From assembly GCA_030828385.1 (NCBI GenBank), contig JAURCS010000008.1, positions 8,008 through 72,007 of the forward strand: DNA of 64,000 nt, in the 5' to 3' direction. Positions 10,008 through 18,833 of this stretch are shown here, piece by piece (the first letter of the stretch is position 1; each line of letters starts with the position of its first letter). The position numbers and the translations under genes were made by a program. Source of the DNA: Gammaproteobacteria bacterium (GTDB lineage Bacteria; Pseudomonadota; Gammaproteobacteria; Pseudomonadales; Pseudohongiellaceae). The notes beneath the pieces were generated by a model. That model was not told the origin of the DNA and made no database searches. It saw only the letters and a list, made by a program, of their open reading frames with translations.

Positions 10008-10814
10008 ATGCTCACTATGGAAACAAGAGTACTTTTTCTGACCGGTCTGCTTCTGGTTCTGAACGGCATGGCTGCCAATGCTCAATTGCCTTCGCCAAAT
10101 ACAAGCGGCGTGAGTTCTGGCCATACGCACCTGATCGTCCCCAATGTCGCCAAACATCGGGAAATCTGGAAATTGCTGGGAGGCGTCGAACGTTCTTCAG
10201 GACGACTCCAGGCACTGATGTTCCCAGGCATGTTCATCCTGCTGCGGGAAGGTCAGCCCTCAGCTACTTCAGTGAATACCACAGCAAACCATATTGGCTT
10301 TACCATCAATGATTACGCGCTCTACAAGGCTAAGCTGGAAGCAGTTTCAGCAAGCTTTTTCGTGGACGATGGCGTAGGACAGATTATTGCCGATCTGCCA
10401 GATGGTGTGCGTATTGAACTGGCTCTGGATGCTGAACAGGACTTACCCATCATGTTTCATCATACGCATCTGTCACCTGCGAATACCGGGGAGCTGAGGC
10501 AATGGTATGTGAAAGTCTTTGGCGCAGAAATAGGTGAGCGACGCGGCATGCCTTCAGCTGTTATTCCTGGCGGACGTGTTGATTTTCTTGAGAACCCCAA
10601 CGGCGACCCCCTGCCCACCCAGGGCATGGCTATCGACCATATTGGTTTTGAAGTAGCAGACCTGGATGCCTTTGCACAAAGAATGGATGCCATGGGAGTA
10701 GTCTTTAATCGGGCACCTGAGTGCATTGCCGCAATCGAACTTTGCATTGCTTTTATCACTGACCCCAAAGGCACCTACATTGAGCTGACCCAGGGTTTAG
10801 CGCGTATACAATAG
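10008..10814 (+). CDS. Secreted two-domain VOC (glyoxalase/bleomycin-resistance/dioxygenase) family protein
   Basis: 268 aa with a signal peptide (GMAANAQ). It has two VOC-like halves: HTHLIV...HIGFTIND and HHTHL...IDHIGFEVADLD. Confidence 0.6.
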   Translation: MLTMETRVLFLTGLLLVLNGMAANAQLPSPNTSGVSSGHTHLIVPNVAKHREIWKLLGGVERSSGRLQALMFPGMFILLREGQPSATSVNTTANHIGFTINDYALYKAKLEAVSASFFVDDGVGQIIADLPDGVRIELALDAEQDLPIMFHHTHLSPANTGELRQWYVKVFGAEIGERRGMPSAVIPGGRVDFLENPNGDPLPTQGMAIDHIGFEVADLDAFAQRMDAMGVVFNRAPECIAAIELCIAFITDPKGTYIELTQGLARIQ

Positions 10815-10932
10815 CGGAAAAAAACCGGCTTGAGTCAGGTGGATCGACCAAAAAATATTTTTTAGTATTTTTTTGATCTGCATTTTTTTTCTCCTGCGTA
10901 ATGAATTCCGCAATACAACATAGGAGAAAGTA

Positions 10933-11718
10933 ATGAAACGCAATGCATCACTTCTGAAACTTTTTACTGTAAAAACATTCCTGATATTTTCAGTACCTGC
11001 TTTTTCACAATCTTTTTATGTATCAGGCTCAGCGGGACAAAACTATCAGGATGACACTTCCAACAATGGCGCTTTCACGTCGGCCTTTACGACGGGCGCA
11101 GTCACCGGCGTAAACCCTCCACTAAACATTCCGGCGGGAAGTGCCGTTTCCTGGACGACCGATTATGACAACGGCAATGCTTTCAACCTGGCTGTTGGCA
11201 TGATTCGAGACAACTATCGTTTTGAACTGGAATATTCACAAACAGAAGCTGACGTCGACAGACACCAGGGCGTTACCGCTGCAGGGATTGATCTATCAGC
11301 CATTGATGCCGGCGTTCTCATTTCAGGGAATGTGGGTGATCTTGGTGTATCAACAGCGGCTCTGGTAGCAGCTGGTCAGGGCGAACTGGAAACCTCAACA
11401 TTGATGCTGAATGCCTACTACGATTACAAAACTGATTCCGCCTTTACGCCTTATGTCGGTGTTGGTATCGGTACAGCCACCACCGATCTTGAATTCAGTC
11501 CTTCCGGCGTCGGCGTTATCAGTGATGATGACAATACTTTTGTCTATCAGCTCATCCTTGGTGCCAGTTATAGCTTCACTGACAAGCTGGATGCTTTTGC
11601 CAGCTATGTCTATCGTGATGCTGATGAAGCATCACTTAACGCTTCTCTGCTGCCAGCACGCTTTGAAATCAATAATGAATCAAGCCTGCTGAATGTAGGC
11701 CTGAAATTTTCTTTCTGA
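10933..11718 (+). CDS. Outer-membrane beta-barrel protein (OmpW/OmpA-barrel-like)
   Basis: 261 aa with a signal peptide, alternating amphipathic strands and a C-terminal ...VGLKFSF ending in Phe. Confidence 0.65.
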   Translation: MKRNASLLKLFTVKTFLIFSVPAFSQSFYVSGSAGQNYQDDTSNNGAFTSAFTTGAVTGVNPPLNIPAGSAVSWTTDYDNGNAFNLAVGMIRDNYRFELEYSQTEADVDRHQGVTAAGIDLSAIDAGVLISGNVGDLGVSTAALVAAGQGELETSTLMLNAYYDYKTDSAFTPYVGVGIGTATTDLEFSPSGVGVISDDDNTFVYQLILGASYSFTDKLDAFASYVYRDADEASLNASLLPARFEINNESSLLNVGLKFSF

Positions 11719-11727
11719 TATTGAGCT

Positions 11728-11759
11728 AAAAAAAAGGCCAGCAAATGCTGGCCTTTTTT
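11728..11759. terminator. Bidirectional rho-independent terminator
   Basis: A8 run, stem GGCCAGC, loop AAAT, stem GCTGGCC, then T6. It sits between convergent genes. Confidence 0.85.
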
Positions 11760-11793
11760 GTTCATGATTTTGAAACTTTCTTGCGTATTTTTT

Positions 11794-13848
11794 CTACTGA
11801 TCAGGCAAGGCAAACACATAAACACTGTTGCCATTTCCGTTATCCAGGTTCAGTTTTATTGGCCCCATTGAACCGGTATTAAGACCTGGATGAGATAAAT
11901 TATTTCCTGTAATAACTGCCACATACTGCTTGCCATCCACCGCATAAGTAATATTGCTGGTGGAAACCGGAGCATTGAGAATGGTCTCCCACAGCACTTC
12001 ACCAGTATCCAGATCCTGGGCACGGAAGCGGCGGTTAATATCCCCCCAGAACAAAAGATCACCGCCGGTGGTCAGCACCGATGATGTGGTAGGAACCGGT
12101 CCGGTCACCCAATAGGTAATTTCACCAGTTTCCATATTAACCTTGGCCATGCCATTCAATTCTTCCGGAGGCACCCCTGGCGCAGAAATGCCTATCCTGC
12201 TTTGTGGCATGGCAGGCATGGATTCAGAAGCCGGTGTAGCCGAGGTCATATTCAGGCAATTCTTGATATAGGGAACATACATGGCGTTGCGCTGGGGATT
12301 ATAGGAGCCGGGCCAGTACGAGCGGGTATTGAAATAGCAGATAATGCGATGAGCACCGGGTTCATCCAGAATCAGATCGCGGTTAATCATGGTGGCACCG
12401 GTACTGACATCGATGTCCTCGATAAGAAAGTTTTCCGATTCTTCCGGAAACGGCATGGCCCAGAGAAACTCGCCAGTGTGCTTGTCCAGTACCCAGAGTC
12501 CACCGCCCTCACCCACATTGACGATCACATCGCGTTGCTGGCCACTGACCTCTGGATTAATCCACTTCACATGGGCCGGATCCGGATTCACCGCAGTACG
12601 AAAAATGATTCTTTCCTGATTCATATCTTCATCCCAGTCATCACCCGGCAAATGCTGGTAATACCAGTTCAGGGCACCAGTATCAGGATCAATGGCAAGG
12701 GTCGAATTGCTGTAGAGGTTGGCGGGTGCGGAATAGGACACAGCCCCTGGATCACCTGCGTGGCGTTCATAGCGGGTATAGGGTGACGGGTTGGCCACAC
12801 TCCAGTAGATCAGTCCGGTTTCTGGGTCATATCCGCCGGGCAGACCCCAGGTGGAGGCCGTTCTTTCTTCCAGTGGCAGGCCAGCCCAGGTGTCAAACCC
12901 GGGCATTTCTGTGGGCGCCTGTGCGGTGAAAAATTTCCATGCCAGTTCACCGGTCAGGGCATCATGGGCGGAAATAAAACAACTGGAGCGCTCGCGACAG
13001 GTTCCCCCTGCCAGCACCTTGCCTTCAATGACAATGGTGCCGGAAGTAATATCACGGCCCGTGGGCTCACTGCGCCAGCGTTCCTCCCCGTTCACCGCAT
13101 CAATGGCAATCACCGAACCATCAGAGGCGCCGAAATAAATCATGTCCTCGTAAATAGACATGGTCTTGGAACGACCGGCACCTCTGCCTTCCACATCAGG
13201 GATATGGCGCCAGATAAGGTCGCCGGTAGTCGCATCCAGTGCGGCCACAGAACCATCGGGCATGGTTAGATACATAACGCCGGCATAAACCGTTGGAATG
13301 GTTTCAGTAATACCTTCGGGCAAACCCAGGGACCAGGCCAGACTGAGCTGAGACACATTATCCCGATTGATCTCGTCCAGCGGACTGAAACGCTGGGCAT
13401 CATAGGTGCGAGAGTACATTAGCCAGTCATCCGGATTCGGGTTCAGCAGCATCTCCTGGGTCACAGGGCGATAGTTTTCAATCGCAGGCGTTGAAGACAG
13501 GGCATTAAAGGAGCTTGGATTCAGCCCTTCAGACTGGTTAAAGTTCACTGCCAGAAACCTGAGGTATTCAAGCAGGGCCGGCATTTGCGCATCTGATATT
13601 ACTACCGGCGGCATACCTTTCTCCGGATTACCCGCTCTCAGAAAAACAGCCAGATCCTGATTACTTTCTTCGGCAACGCGGCCCAGCATGGAGGGCGCTA
13701 ACGTGCCTCCCTGGCCATTTGAGCCATGGCAATGGGCACAGATGCCATTGTAGATTTCCAAACCCTCGGCAACTTCCTGTGCAGACACAGTGAATGCCGG
13801 GAAACAGAAAAAAATAAAGACCAAAGATCGACGAATTAATGAATACAT
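11794..13848 (-). CDS. Quinohaemoprotein: N-terminal cytochrome c domain fused to a PQQ beta-propeller dehydrogenase
   Basis: The tracked ORF runs to 13860 (TTG); ATG 13848 gives MYSLIRRSLVFIFF... with a signal peptide. The haem motif is CAHCH with GMPP. The PQQ-propeller N-terminal signature is YDAQRFSPLDEINRDNVSQLSLAW. The active-site region is LPGDDWDEDMNQ. Confidence 0.8.
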   Translation of the reverse strand: MYSLIRRSLVFIFFCFPAFTVSAQEVAEGLEIYNGICAHCHGSNGQGGTLAPSMLGRVAEESNQDLAVFLRAGNPEKGMPPVVISDAQMPALLEYLRFLAVNFNQSEGLNPSSFNALSSTPAIENYRPVTQEMLLNPNPDDWLMYSRTYDAQRFSPLDEINRDNVSQLSLAWSLGLPEGITETIPTVYAGVMYLTMPDGSVAALDATTGDLIWRHIPDVEGRGAGRSKTMSIYEDMIYFGASDGSVIAIDAVNGEERWRSEPTGRDITSGTIVIEGKVLAGGTCRERSSCFISAHDALTGELAWKFFTAQAPTEMPGFDTWAGLPLEERTASTWGLPGGYDPETGLIYWSVANPSPYTRYERHAGDPGAVSYSAPANLYSNSTLAIDPDTGALNWYYQHLPGDDWDEDMNQERIIFRTAVNPDPAHVKWINPEVSGQQRDVIVNVGEGGGLWVLDKHTGEFLWAMPFPEESENFLIEDIDVSTGATMINRDLILDEPGAHRIICYFNTRSYWPGSYNPQRNAMYVPYIKNCLNMTSATPASESMPAMPQSRIGISAPGVPPEELNGMAKVNMETGEITYWVTGPVPTTSSVLTTGGDLLFWGDINRRFRAQDLDTGEVLWETILNAPVSTSNITYAVDGKQYVAVITGNNLSHPGLNTGSMGPIKLNLDNGNGNSVYVFALPDQ

Positions 13849-13909
13849 AGTGTTATCCAAAGTGGACGCTGTTTACTGAAACCAGGCAGTAACATCGTGT
13901 GAATATTTT

Positions 13910-14395
13910 TTATTTTTCGAACTGCCAGTCATTAACCAACTTGTACCTGGCTGTTCTTATTGTTTTAAACTTCCCATCTTCAATATCATAAATACCCCAG
14001 CTGACAATTCGCAATACCTGCCCTTTTTTCAGTGGCACCCCCCAAAAACTATTATCCCAATCAGCGATGACTTCAAAGGTAGTCGGGATTTCAACGGCAA
14101 GTTTGTCGCCATCCCTGATAAAGGTGGTTACTTCTACCTTTTCACTGATGTACTTTTTTACATCCGCATAAAAATCCTTTATCCCCTGCGCACCACGAAT
14201 TTCAGATCCATTCAAATCAAGCACCACATCAGGATGATAAAACTTGATAAAGGAAGGGTCGTTGGCATTAAACAGCGCCAGATATTCATCGTAATCCGCC
14301 CGCGTCATCCCCTCTTCTGCCGCAATAATGCTGACCGAAAATAAAACAAAACCGGCTAAAAATAAATTAACGAAGCTATGGATGAGTTTTTTCAT
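13910..14395 (-). CDS. Secreted NTF2/SnoaL-like family protein
   Basis: 161 aa with a signal/anchor sequence. SnoaL-like size and pattern (YLALFNANDPSFIKFYHPDVVLDL). It lies 61 nt upstream of the quinohaemoprotein gene on the same strand. Confidence 0.55.
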   Translation of the reverse strand: MKKLIHSFVNLFLAGFVLFSVSIIAAEEGMTRADYDEYLALFNANDPSFIKFYHPDVVLDLNGSEIRGAQGIKDFYADVKKYISEKVEVTTFIRDGDKLAVEIPTTFEVIADWDNSFWGVPLKKGQVLRIVSWGIYDIEDGKFKTIRTARYKLVNDWQFEK

Positions 14396-14412
14396 TGAAG
14401 CTACCCTTTATG

Positions 14413-14460
14413 TTCTTATTTTTAGTTTTTCTTATTTTTAGTTTTTCTTATTCTGGTTTT
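14413..14460. repeat. 16-bp tandem repeat (two perfect copies plus one degenerate)
   Basis: TTCTTATTTTTAGTTT at 14413-14428 and 14429-14444, then TTCTTATTCTGGTTTT. It lies immediately upstream of the minus-strand start at 14395. Confidence 0.9.
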
Positions 14461-14519
14461 TCGGTTCGCTGGAGAAATCCGATCTGCCTTGCTGCCTGTT
14501 CAACAAAATCTGAAGCAAC

Positions 14520-14914
14520 TTAAGCCTGCGGGTTATTAACGAGATGATCAATCAACAGCACTGCTTCATCAAGTCTTTGCACAACCCGAATATTGATGTC
14601 CTTGAAGTGCCCTGCGGTTTTAAACATTTTGGAAATTGCCTGACCATAAACATTACCGGTCACAAAAATAGTCCCCAGATAACCCTTATTTAATGCCAGC
14701 CTTTGTATTTTCCCAGCAAGCGGTTGCTTTCATAGTAGCCAAAATCTAGCGCTTTGACTTCTGTAAAATCGACTATCTCGTAAAATGGCTCATTGAAATC
14801 ATCATCAACTTCAAGATTGTGAATATAGTCGAAAACCTCATCCATAGTCCCCTCACCCAGCATGCGGCAGAGAACATAATGCTTTTGCATATTTTTAGTA
14901 TAGCTAACTGGCAT
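14520..14914 (-). pseudogene. Small hypothetical protein (possibly STAS-like), frame-broken as sequenced
   Basis: ORF 14690..14914 (74 aa) ends ...NRLLGKYKGWH*. Another minus-strand frame stays open to 14520 and reads (KIQRLALN)KGYLGTIFVTGNVYGQAISKMFKTAGHFKDINIRVVQRLDEAVLLIDHL... One extra base in the TTTTCCC run at 14708-14714 fuses the two. Confidence 0.45.
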
Positions 14915-15153
14915 CGGACACCTTTGTATATTGGCAATAAATCTATCAGGTTAACTGGCTATAGTCACTGCACAAGCCATTGTTTTGGTCTGTGCAATTC
15001 ATTTTCTGGAGTATCACAGGGCCAATGCATATAAAGCAGTAGAGGTGAGCCTTGAAATACAGTTACAATCAGTCCGTATTTGGGAAAAACAGATTCCTGC
15101 AATACTGTCGCTCAACGACATGGAAAATCTGTACATAATAAATTATCAGGAAA

Positions 15154-15543
15154 ATGACTATGGCTATTTTTACACACGTAACCCTTGGCACTAATGACTA
15201 TGATAAAGCGGTAGCTTTTTATGATGCGGCTTTAGGTGCGCTTGGCATCGACAATCTGGGTAACCTGCATCCAACTGCCATGATGTATGGCAAGGGCTCT
15301 CCGGAATTTGTCGTTCTTACTCCTTCAGATGGCAACCCAGCCTGTCATGCCAATGGTGGCACTATCGGCTTTGCTGCTGAAAACAGAGCTCAGGTCCACA
15401 AATTTCATGAAGCCGGACTGGCTGCTGGTGGAACTGACGCAGGAGAGCCAGGTCCTCGTACCTTTGCGCCGAATGCCTACGCTTCTTACCTGCGTGATCC
15501 AGATGGCAACAAAATCTGTGCCTATTCTTTTTCCGAGGAATAA
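15154..15543 (+). CDS. VOC family (glyoxalase-like) protein
   Basis: 129 aa. FTHVTLGTNDYDKAVAFYDAALGALG and YLRDPDGNKI are typical of small VOC proteins. Confidence 0.75.
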   Translation: MTMAIFTHVTLGTNDYDKAVAFYDAALGALGIDNLGNLHPTAMMYGKGSPEFVVLTPSDGNPACHANGGTIGFAAENRAQVHKFHEAGLAAGGTDAGEPGPRTFAPNAYASYLRDPDGNKICAYSFSEE

Positions 15544-15558
15544 AGAAGCACGAGAAAA

Positions 15559-15584
15559 GGCCGGTAATCGTACCGGTCTTTTTT
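15559..15584 (+). terminator. Rho-independent terminator
   Basis: Stem GGCCGGTA, loop ATCG, stem TACCGGTC, then T6. It starts 16 nt after the stop codon. Confidence 0.8.
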
Positions 15585-15667
15585 CTTTCATGGACGTTGG
15601 TTGGTATGGGTAAATTTTCGAGCTTTCTACCAGAGTTACCAATCAATATATTAAAGAGGGGAAGCCT

Positions 15668-16546
15668 ATGTGCGACGAAAGAACAGAACTTGAGAATACT
15701 GAATACCTGAAAAAAAAGTCCAAGGTCACGCGCCGAAAATTCAACAAAATGTCTGCCGGTGCCGGACTGGCGATGATGCTGCCACCGGTAGCCAACGCCC
15801 AGGACGTGGTTTCATCAAATGTGGAAGTCACCACACCTTATGGCACAGCGGATTGTTTTTACGTGCACCCTGCTTCTGGCTCACATGCGGCAGTTCTGGT
15901 GTGGCCAGACATTTTCGGCCTGCGTCCGGCCTTTGAACAAATGGGAACACGTCTGGCCCAATCCGGTTACTCGGTACTGGTAGTGAATCCTTTTTACCGG
16001 CTGACCAAAGCGCCAAGCTCCCAGCCAGGCGCCGATTTCAGCGATCCTGATACGCGCAATATGCTGATGTCACAGATGGGCTCATTGACACCTGAAACTC
16101 AATTTCAGGATGCAGAAGCTTTTGTTACCTGGCTGGACGCCCAGGATGAAGTGGATACCAGTCGCGGTATCGGTACCACAGGTTATTGCATGGGTGGTTC
16201 CATTGTCATGCGCACAGCCGCAGCCATGCCTCATCGTATTATGGCAGGCGCCACCTTCCACGGCGGCAACGGTATGGCATCTGACGCTCCGGACAGTGCT
16301 CACCTGCTTATTCCCCAGACCAAAGCCCATATGCTGCATGCATTGGCCGCCAATGATGATGCCCAGGCTCCCGGAATGAAGGACAGGTTACGCCAGGCCT
16401 ATGAAGATGCCAATATCCCGGCAGAAATCGAAGTCTATAATGCCCAGCATGGCTGGTGTTCGCTGGATTCTGCAGTCTACGATGAAGGTGAGGCTGAAAG
16501 AGCCCATAGTCGTTTGCTGGCACTATTTGAAACGGCCCTGGCCTGA
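15668..16546 (+). CDS. Tat-exported dienelactone hydrolase family protein
   Basis: 292 aa. A twin-arginine leader (TRRKFNKMSAGAGLAMMLPPVANA) is followed by a DLH-like core (GTTGYCMGG nucleophile elbow). Confidence 0.75.
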   Translation: MCDERTELENTEYLKKKSKVTRRKFNKMSAGAGLAMMLPPVANAQDVVSSNVEVTTPYGTADCFYVHPASGSHAAVLVWPDIFGLRPAFEQMGTRLAQSGYSVLVVNPFYRLTKAPSSQPGADFSDPDTRNMLMSQMGSLTPETQFQDAEAFVTWLDAQDEVDTSRGIGTTGYCMGGSIVMRTAAAMPHRIMAGATFHGGNGMASDAPDSAHLLIPQTKAHMLHALAANDDAQAPGMKDRLRQAYEDANIPAEIEVYNAQHGWCSLDSAVYDEGEAERAHSRLLALFETALA

Positions 16547-16557
16547 TTCACTTGAAT

Positions 16558-16584
16558 CAGCGTTGTCAATATAAAACAACGCTG
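16558..16584. terminator. Hairpin between convergent genes (possible terminator; no clean U-tract)
   Basis: Perfect 9-bp stem CAGCGTTGT / ACAACGCTG with a 9-nt loop. Confidence 0.4.
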
Positions 16585-16596
16585 AACAGTTATACA

Positions 16597-17655
16597 TTAG
16601 TTTACAGTGGGCAGGCCCTCGGCCTGCCACTGTAATAAACCGCCTTTGATGTTAGCCACTTTATCCCAGCCATTTTGCTTGAGAATATTCGCCGCCAGTG
16701 CTGAACGTTTACCGGAACGACAGAGCGTCATCAAAGGCTTGTCCTTTGGTAACTCTTCCAGACGATCGCGTAATTCATTAATTGGTATAAGAATGGCCCC
16801 TGCCAGGCGCGTGCTTTCTTCGTCGGTTTCCACCGCAGTGCGCACATCCAGAATATTCACATTATCCATATTGGCCGCCACCCACTGCGGCGTAATCTCA
16901 AAACTTCCGCTATAGGTTGTAACAACCGGCGCCCAGTCAGGTTTCTGAGGCAAATGTTCCGCATCAGGTTCGCCCCCTTTGATATTACCCGGTACAGCGA
17001 CATCAATTTGCTTGGGATGTGGCAACTGCATGTTTTCCATATAACCAATAAAATCACCTTCATTAGCCAATCCGCCAAGTCTGGGATTGAGGGTTTTCTC
17101 TTCTCCAATGGAGCTGGCTGTGCGCCCGGCATAATCATGTCCCGGGTATACCAGGCAATGATCTGGCAGCAGGAACAACTTGTCATGGATGGAATGAAAA
17201 AGTTTTTGCGCCGATCCCTGCTGAAAGTCGGTACGACCACAACCACGAATCAAGAGGCAATCCCCCGTGAAAACCATACTCTCATTATCAAGCACAAAGC
17301 TGATACAACCATCGGTGTGGCCAGGAGTTTCTTTTACGGTCAGGTAACGATTACCAAAATTAATAACATCTTCATCGGAAAGAACTCTATCAAGTTTTTC
17401 TATCCCGGAAGCCTTTGATGCCATCAATGCTGATCCCAGGGCATTATTCAACAGCCAGGCGCCGGTGACATGATCTGCATGGCAATGGGTTTCCAGACAG
17501 GCCAGAAGCGTTAGTTGCAATTCATTAACCAAAGCAAGATCGCGTTCATGCTGCTCATATACCGTATCAATAAAAACCGCTTCTCGCGTGTTTTCATCTG
17601 CCAGTAGATAAGAATAGGTGCCCGAGGTTTGATCAAAAAGTTGTTTGAATATCAT
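16597..17655 (-). CDS. Persulfide dioxygenase (ETHE1-like MBL fold) fused to a rhodanese domain
   Basis: 352 aa. The metal motif is HCHADHVTG. The C-terminal rhodanese domain has the active-site loop CRSGKRS. Confidence 0.8.
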   Translation of the reverse strand: MIFKQLFDQTSGTYSYLLADENTREAVFIDTVYEQHERDLALVNELQLTLLACLETHCHADHVTGAWLLNNALGSALMASKASGIEKLDRVLSDEDVINFGNRYLTVKETPGHTDGCISFVLDNESMVFTGDCLLIRGCGRTDFQQGSAQKLFHSIHDKLFLLPDHCLVYPGHDYAGRTASSIGEEKTLNPRLGGLANEGDFIGYMENMQLPHPKQIDVAVPGNIKGGEPDAEHLPQKPDWAPVVTTYSGSFEITPQWVAANMDNVNILDVRTAVETDEESTRLAGAILIPINELRDRLEELPKDKPLMTLCRSGKRSALAANILKQNGWDKVANIKGGLLQWQAEGLPTVN

Positions 17656-18569
17656 GTATCGTTATCCTGTCCTGCTTTTCCATTACGTAGCCAATTAAAA
17701 CATTCTTCACCCAGTTCACGCATACCAAGCTCAATATATTCCTTGATATCCTGATCGCCGAGTACATCCTTCCAGCGTTTATTGGTACCTTTGTTGATAA
17801 AAGTCTGCGCTCCACCTTCAAAAATTTCGCCGCCCATCGGCGTCACATGGGCCGCATTGGCCTTCATCCATTCGAAAGTAGAGTGCTCTATGATGGCGTC
17901 CCATTTGTCGGCTTCGGGCTGAATATCCAGAAAAGCAGCGAGCTCCCTGATTTCCCCCGCCAGATCTTTCTTCAGGTCATTAAAATGTACCAGCTTCATG
18001 TTTGGCAGATTTCGGTAATCCCACCAGGTTCTGACATTCTCCCAGAAAGACCACATGGGGTATTCATCATGGAGGAAGAGTTTCCAGAATTCATAAGGAT
18101 CTGCTGGTGGTCTATAAATTTCAGGTCCCACCCTGCCGGGTGTGTCATTGAACATTTCGTAAAAAACATCCATCGCATTAAACAGGTGGTTATGCAGGCT
18201 CCAGACAATATCAGGCAGGTCCCTGGCCACATAGATATATTTCGCCGCGGGATAAAACGTCAACGCATCCAGTGGTAAATGCGTTTTGATAAAGCGTCTA
18301 TTCTGCTGGTCTGCGAGCATGCCAAGTTTTTCTTCTTTGGGAATAACCCTGACATCCAGCCAGGGAGAAAAATCATTGGCAGTAACGGCAGCATCGCCAT
18401 TAAAAATCAATTGCCCGATGATCTGCTGCATCCATGTGGTCCCCGCCTTGGCATAGGTACCAATAATGATGTCATCATCCCTGAATTCAAGTTCATTCCA
18501 GATGCTTGAATCCATATGATGATTATGGAGTTCACGCTGTTTTTGTGGCCATTGTATAGCATCACTCAT
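17652..18569 (-). CDS. PAPS-dependent sulfotransferase, cytosolic (eukaryote-like Sulfotransfer_1) type
   Basis: The 5'-PSB loop is YAKAGTTWMQQI. RFIKTHLP, ARDLPDIVWSLHNH and the FINKGTNKRWKD motif are also present. ATG 18569 is preferred over the tracked TTG at 18584. The stop overlaps the next gene's start (ATGA). Confidence 0.75.
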   Translation of the reverse strand: MSDAIQWPQKQRELHNHHMDSSIWNELEFRDDDIIIGTYAKAGTTWMQQIIGQLIFNGDAAVTANDFSPWLDVRVIPKEEKLGMLADQQNRRFIKTHLPLDALTFYPAAKYIYVARDLPDIVWSLHNHLFNAMDVFYEMFNDTPGRVGPEIYRPPADPYEFWKLFLHDEYPMWSFWENVRTWWDYRNLPNMKLVHFNDLKKDLAGEIRELAAFLDIQPEADKWDAIIEHSTFEWMKANAAHVTPMGGEIFEGGAQTFINKGTNKRWKDVLGDQDIKEYIELGMRELGEECFNWLRNGKAGQDNDT

Positions 18570-18833
18570 CTTACTATTTCCCAAACCCTGCTCCGATCAC
18601 TTTTATGCCCATGCCTGGTCGTGCTTGTTCATCTTTTGCCACAAGGAAGCAAAAATGGATAGCAGACACACAACGATTAAAGATACACCGATTTCATGGA
18701 AAGCAAAATGGAAAAACCGGGTCTGTTCAAGTGTAATGCGAGGCATGGACATTCACTAACGTAGCCCCTATGCTTTCCATCATCAGTTTCATCCAAGCTC
18801 ACAATCAACCTCAAAGATAAAAAGATCTACACC

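Noticed and set aside
11794-13848. Calling the N-terminal-cytochrome quinohaemoproteins (here and at 32142..34247) lanthanide-dependent because of their D-E-D and D-L-D triplets
   Set aside because: The D-x-D rule is validated only within the methanol/ethanol-dehydrogenase clades. Membrane glucose dehydrogenase, as I recall it, also has D-x-D (WDMD) without using lanthanides. I keep the prediction only for the classical 551-aa enzyme.
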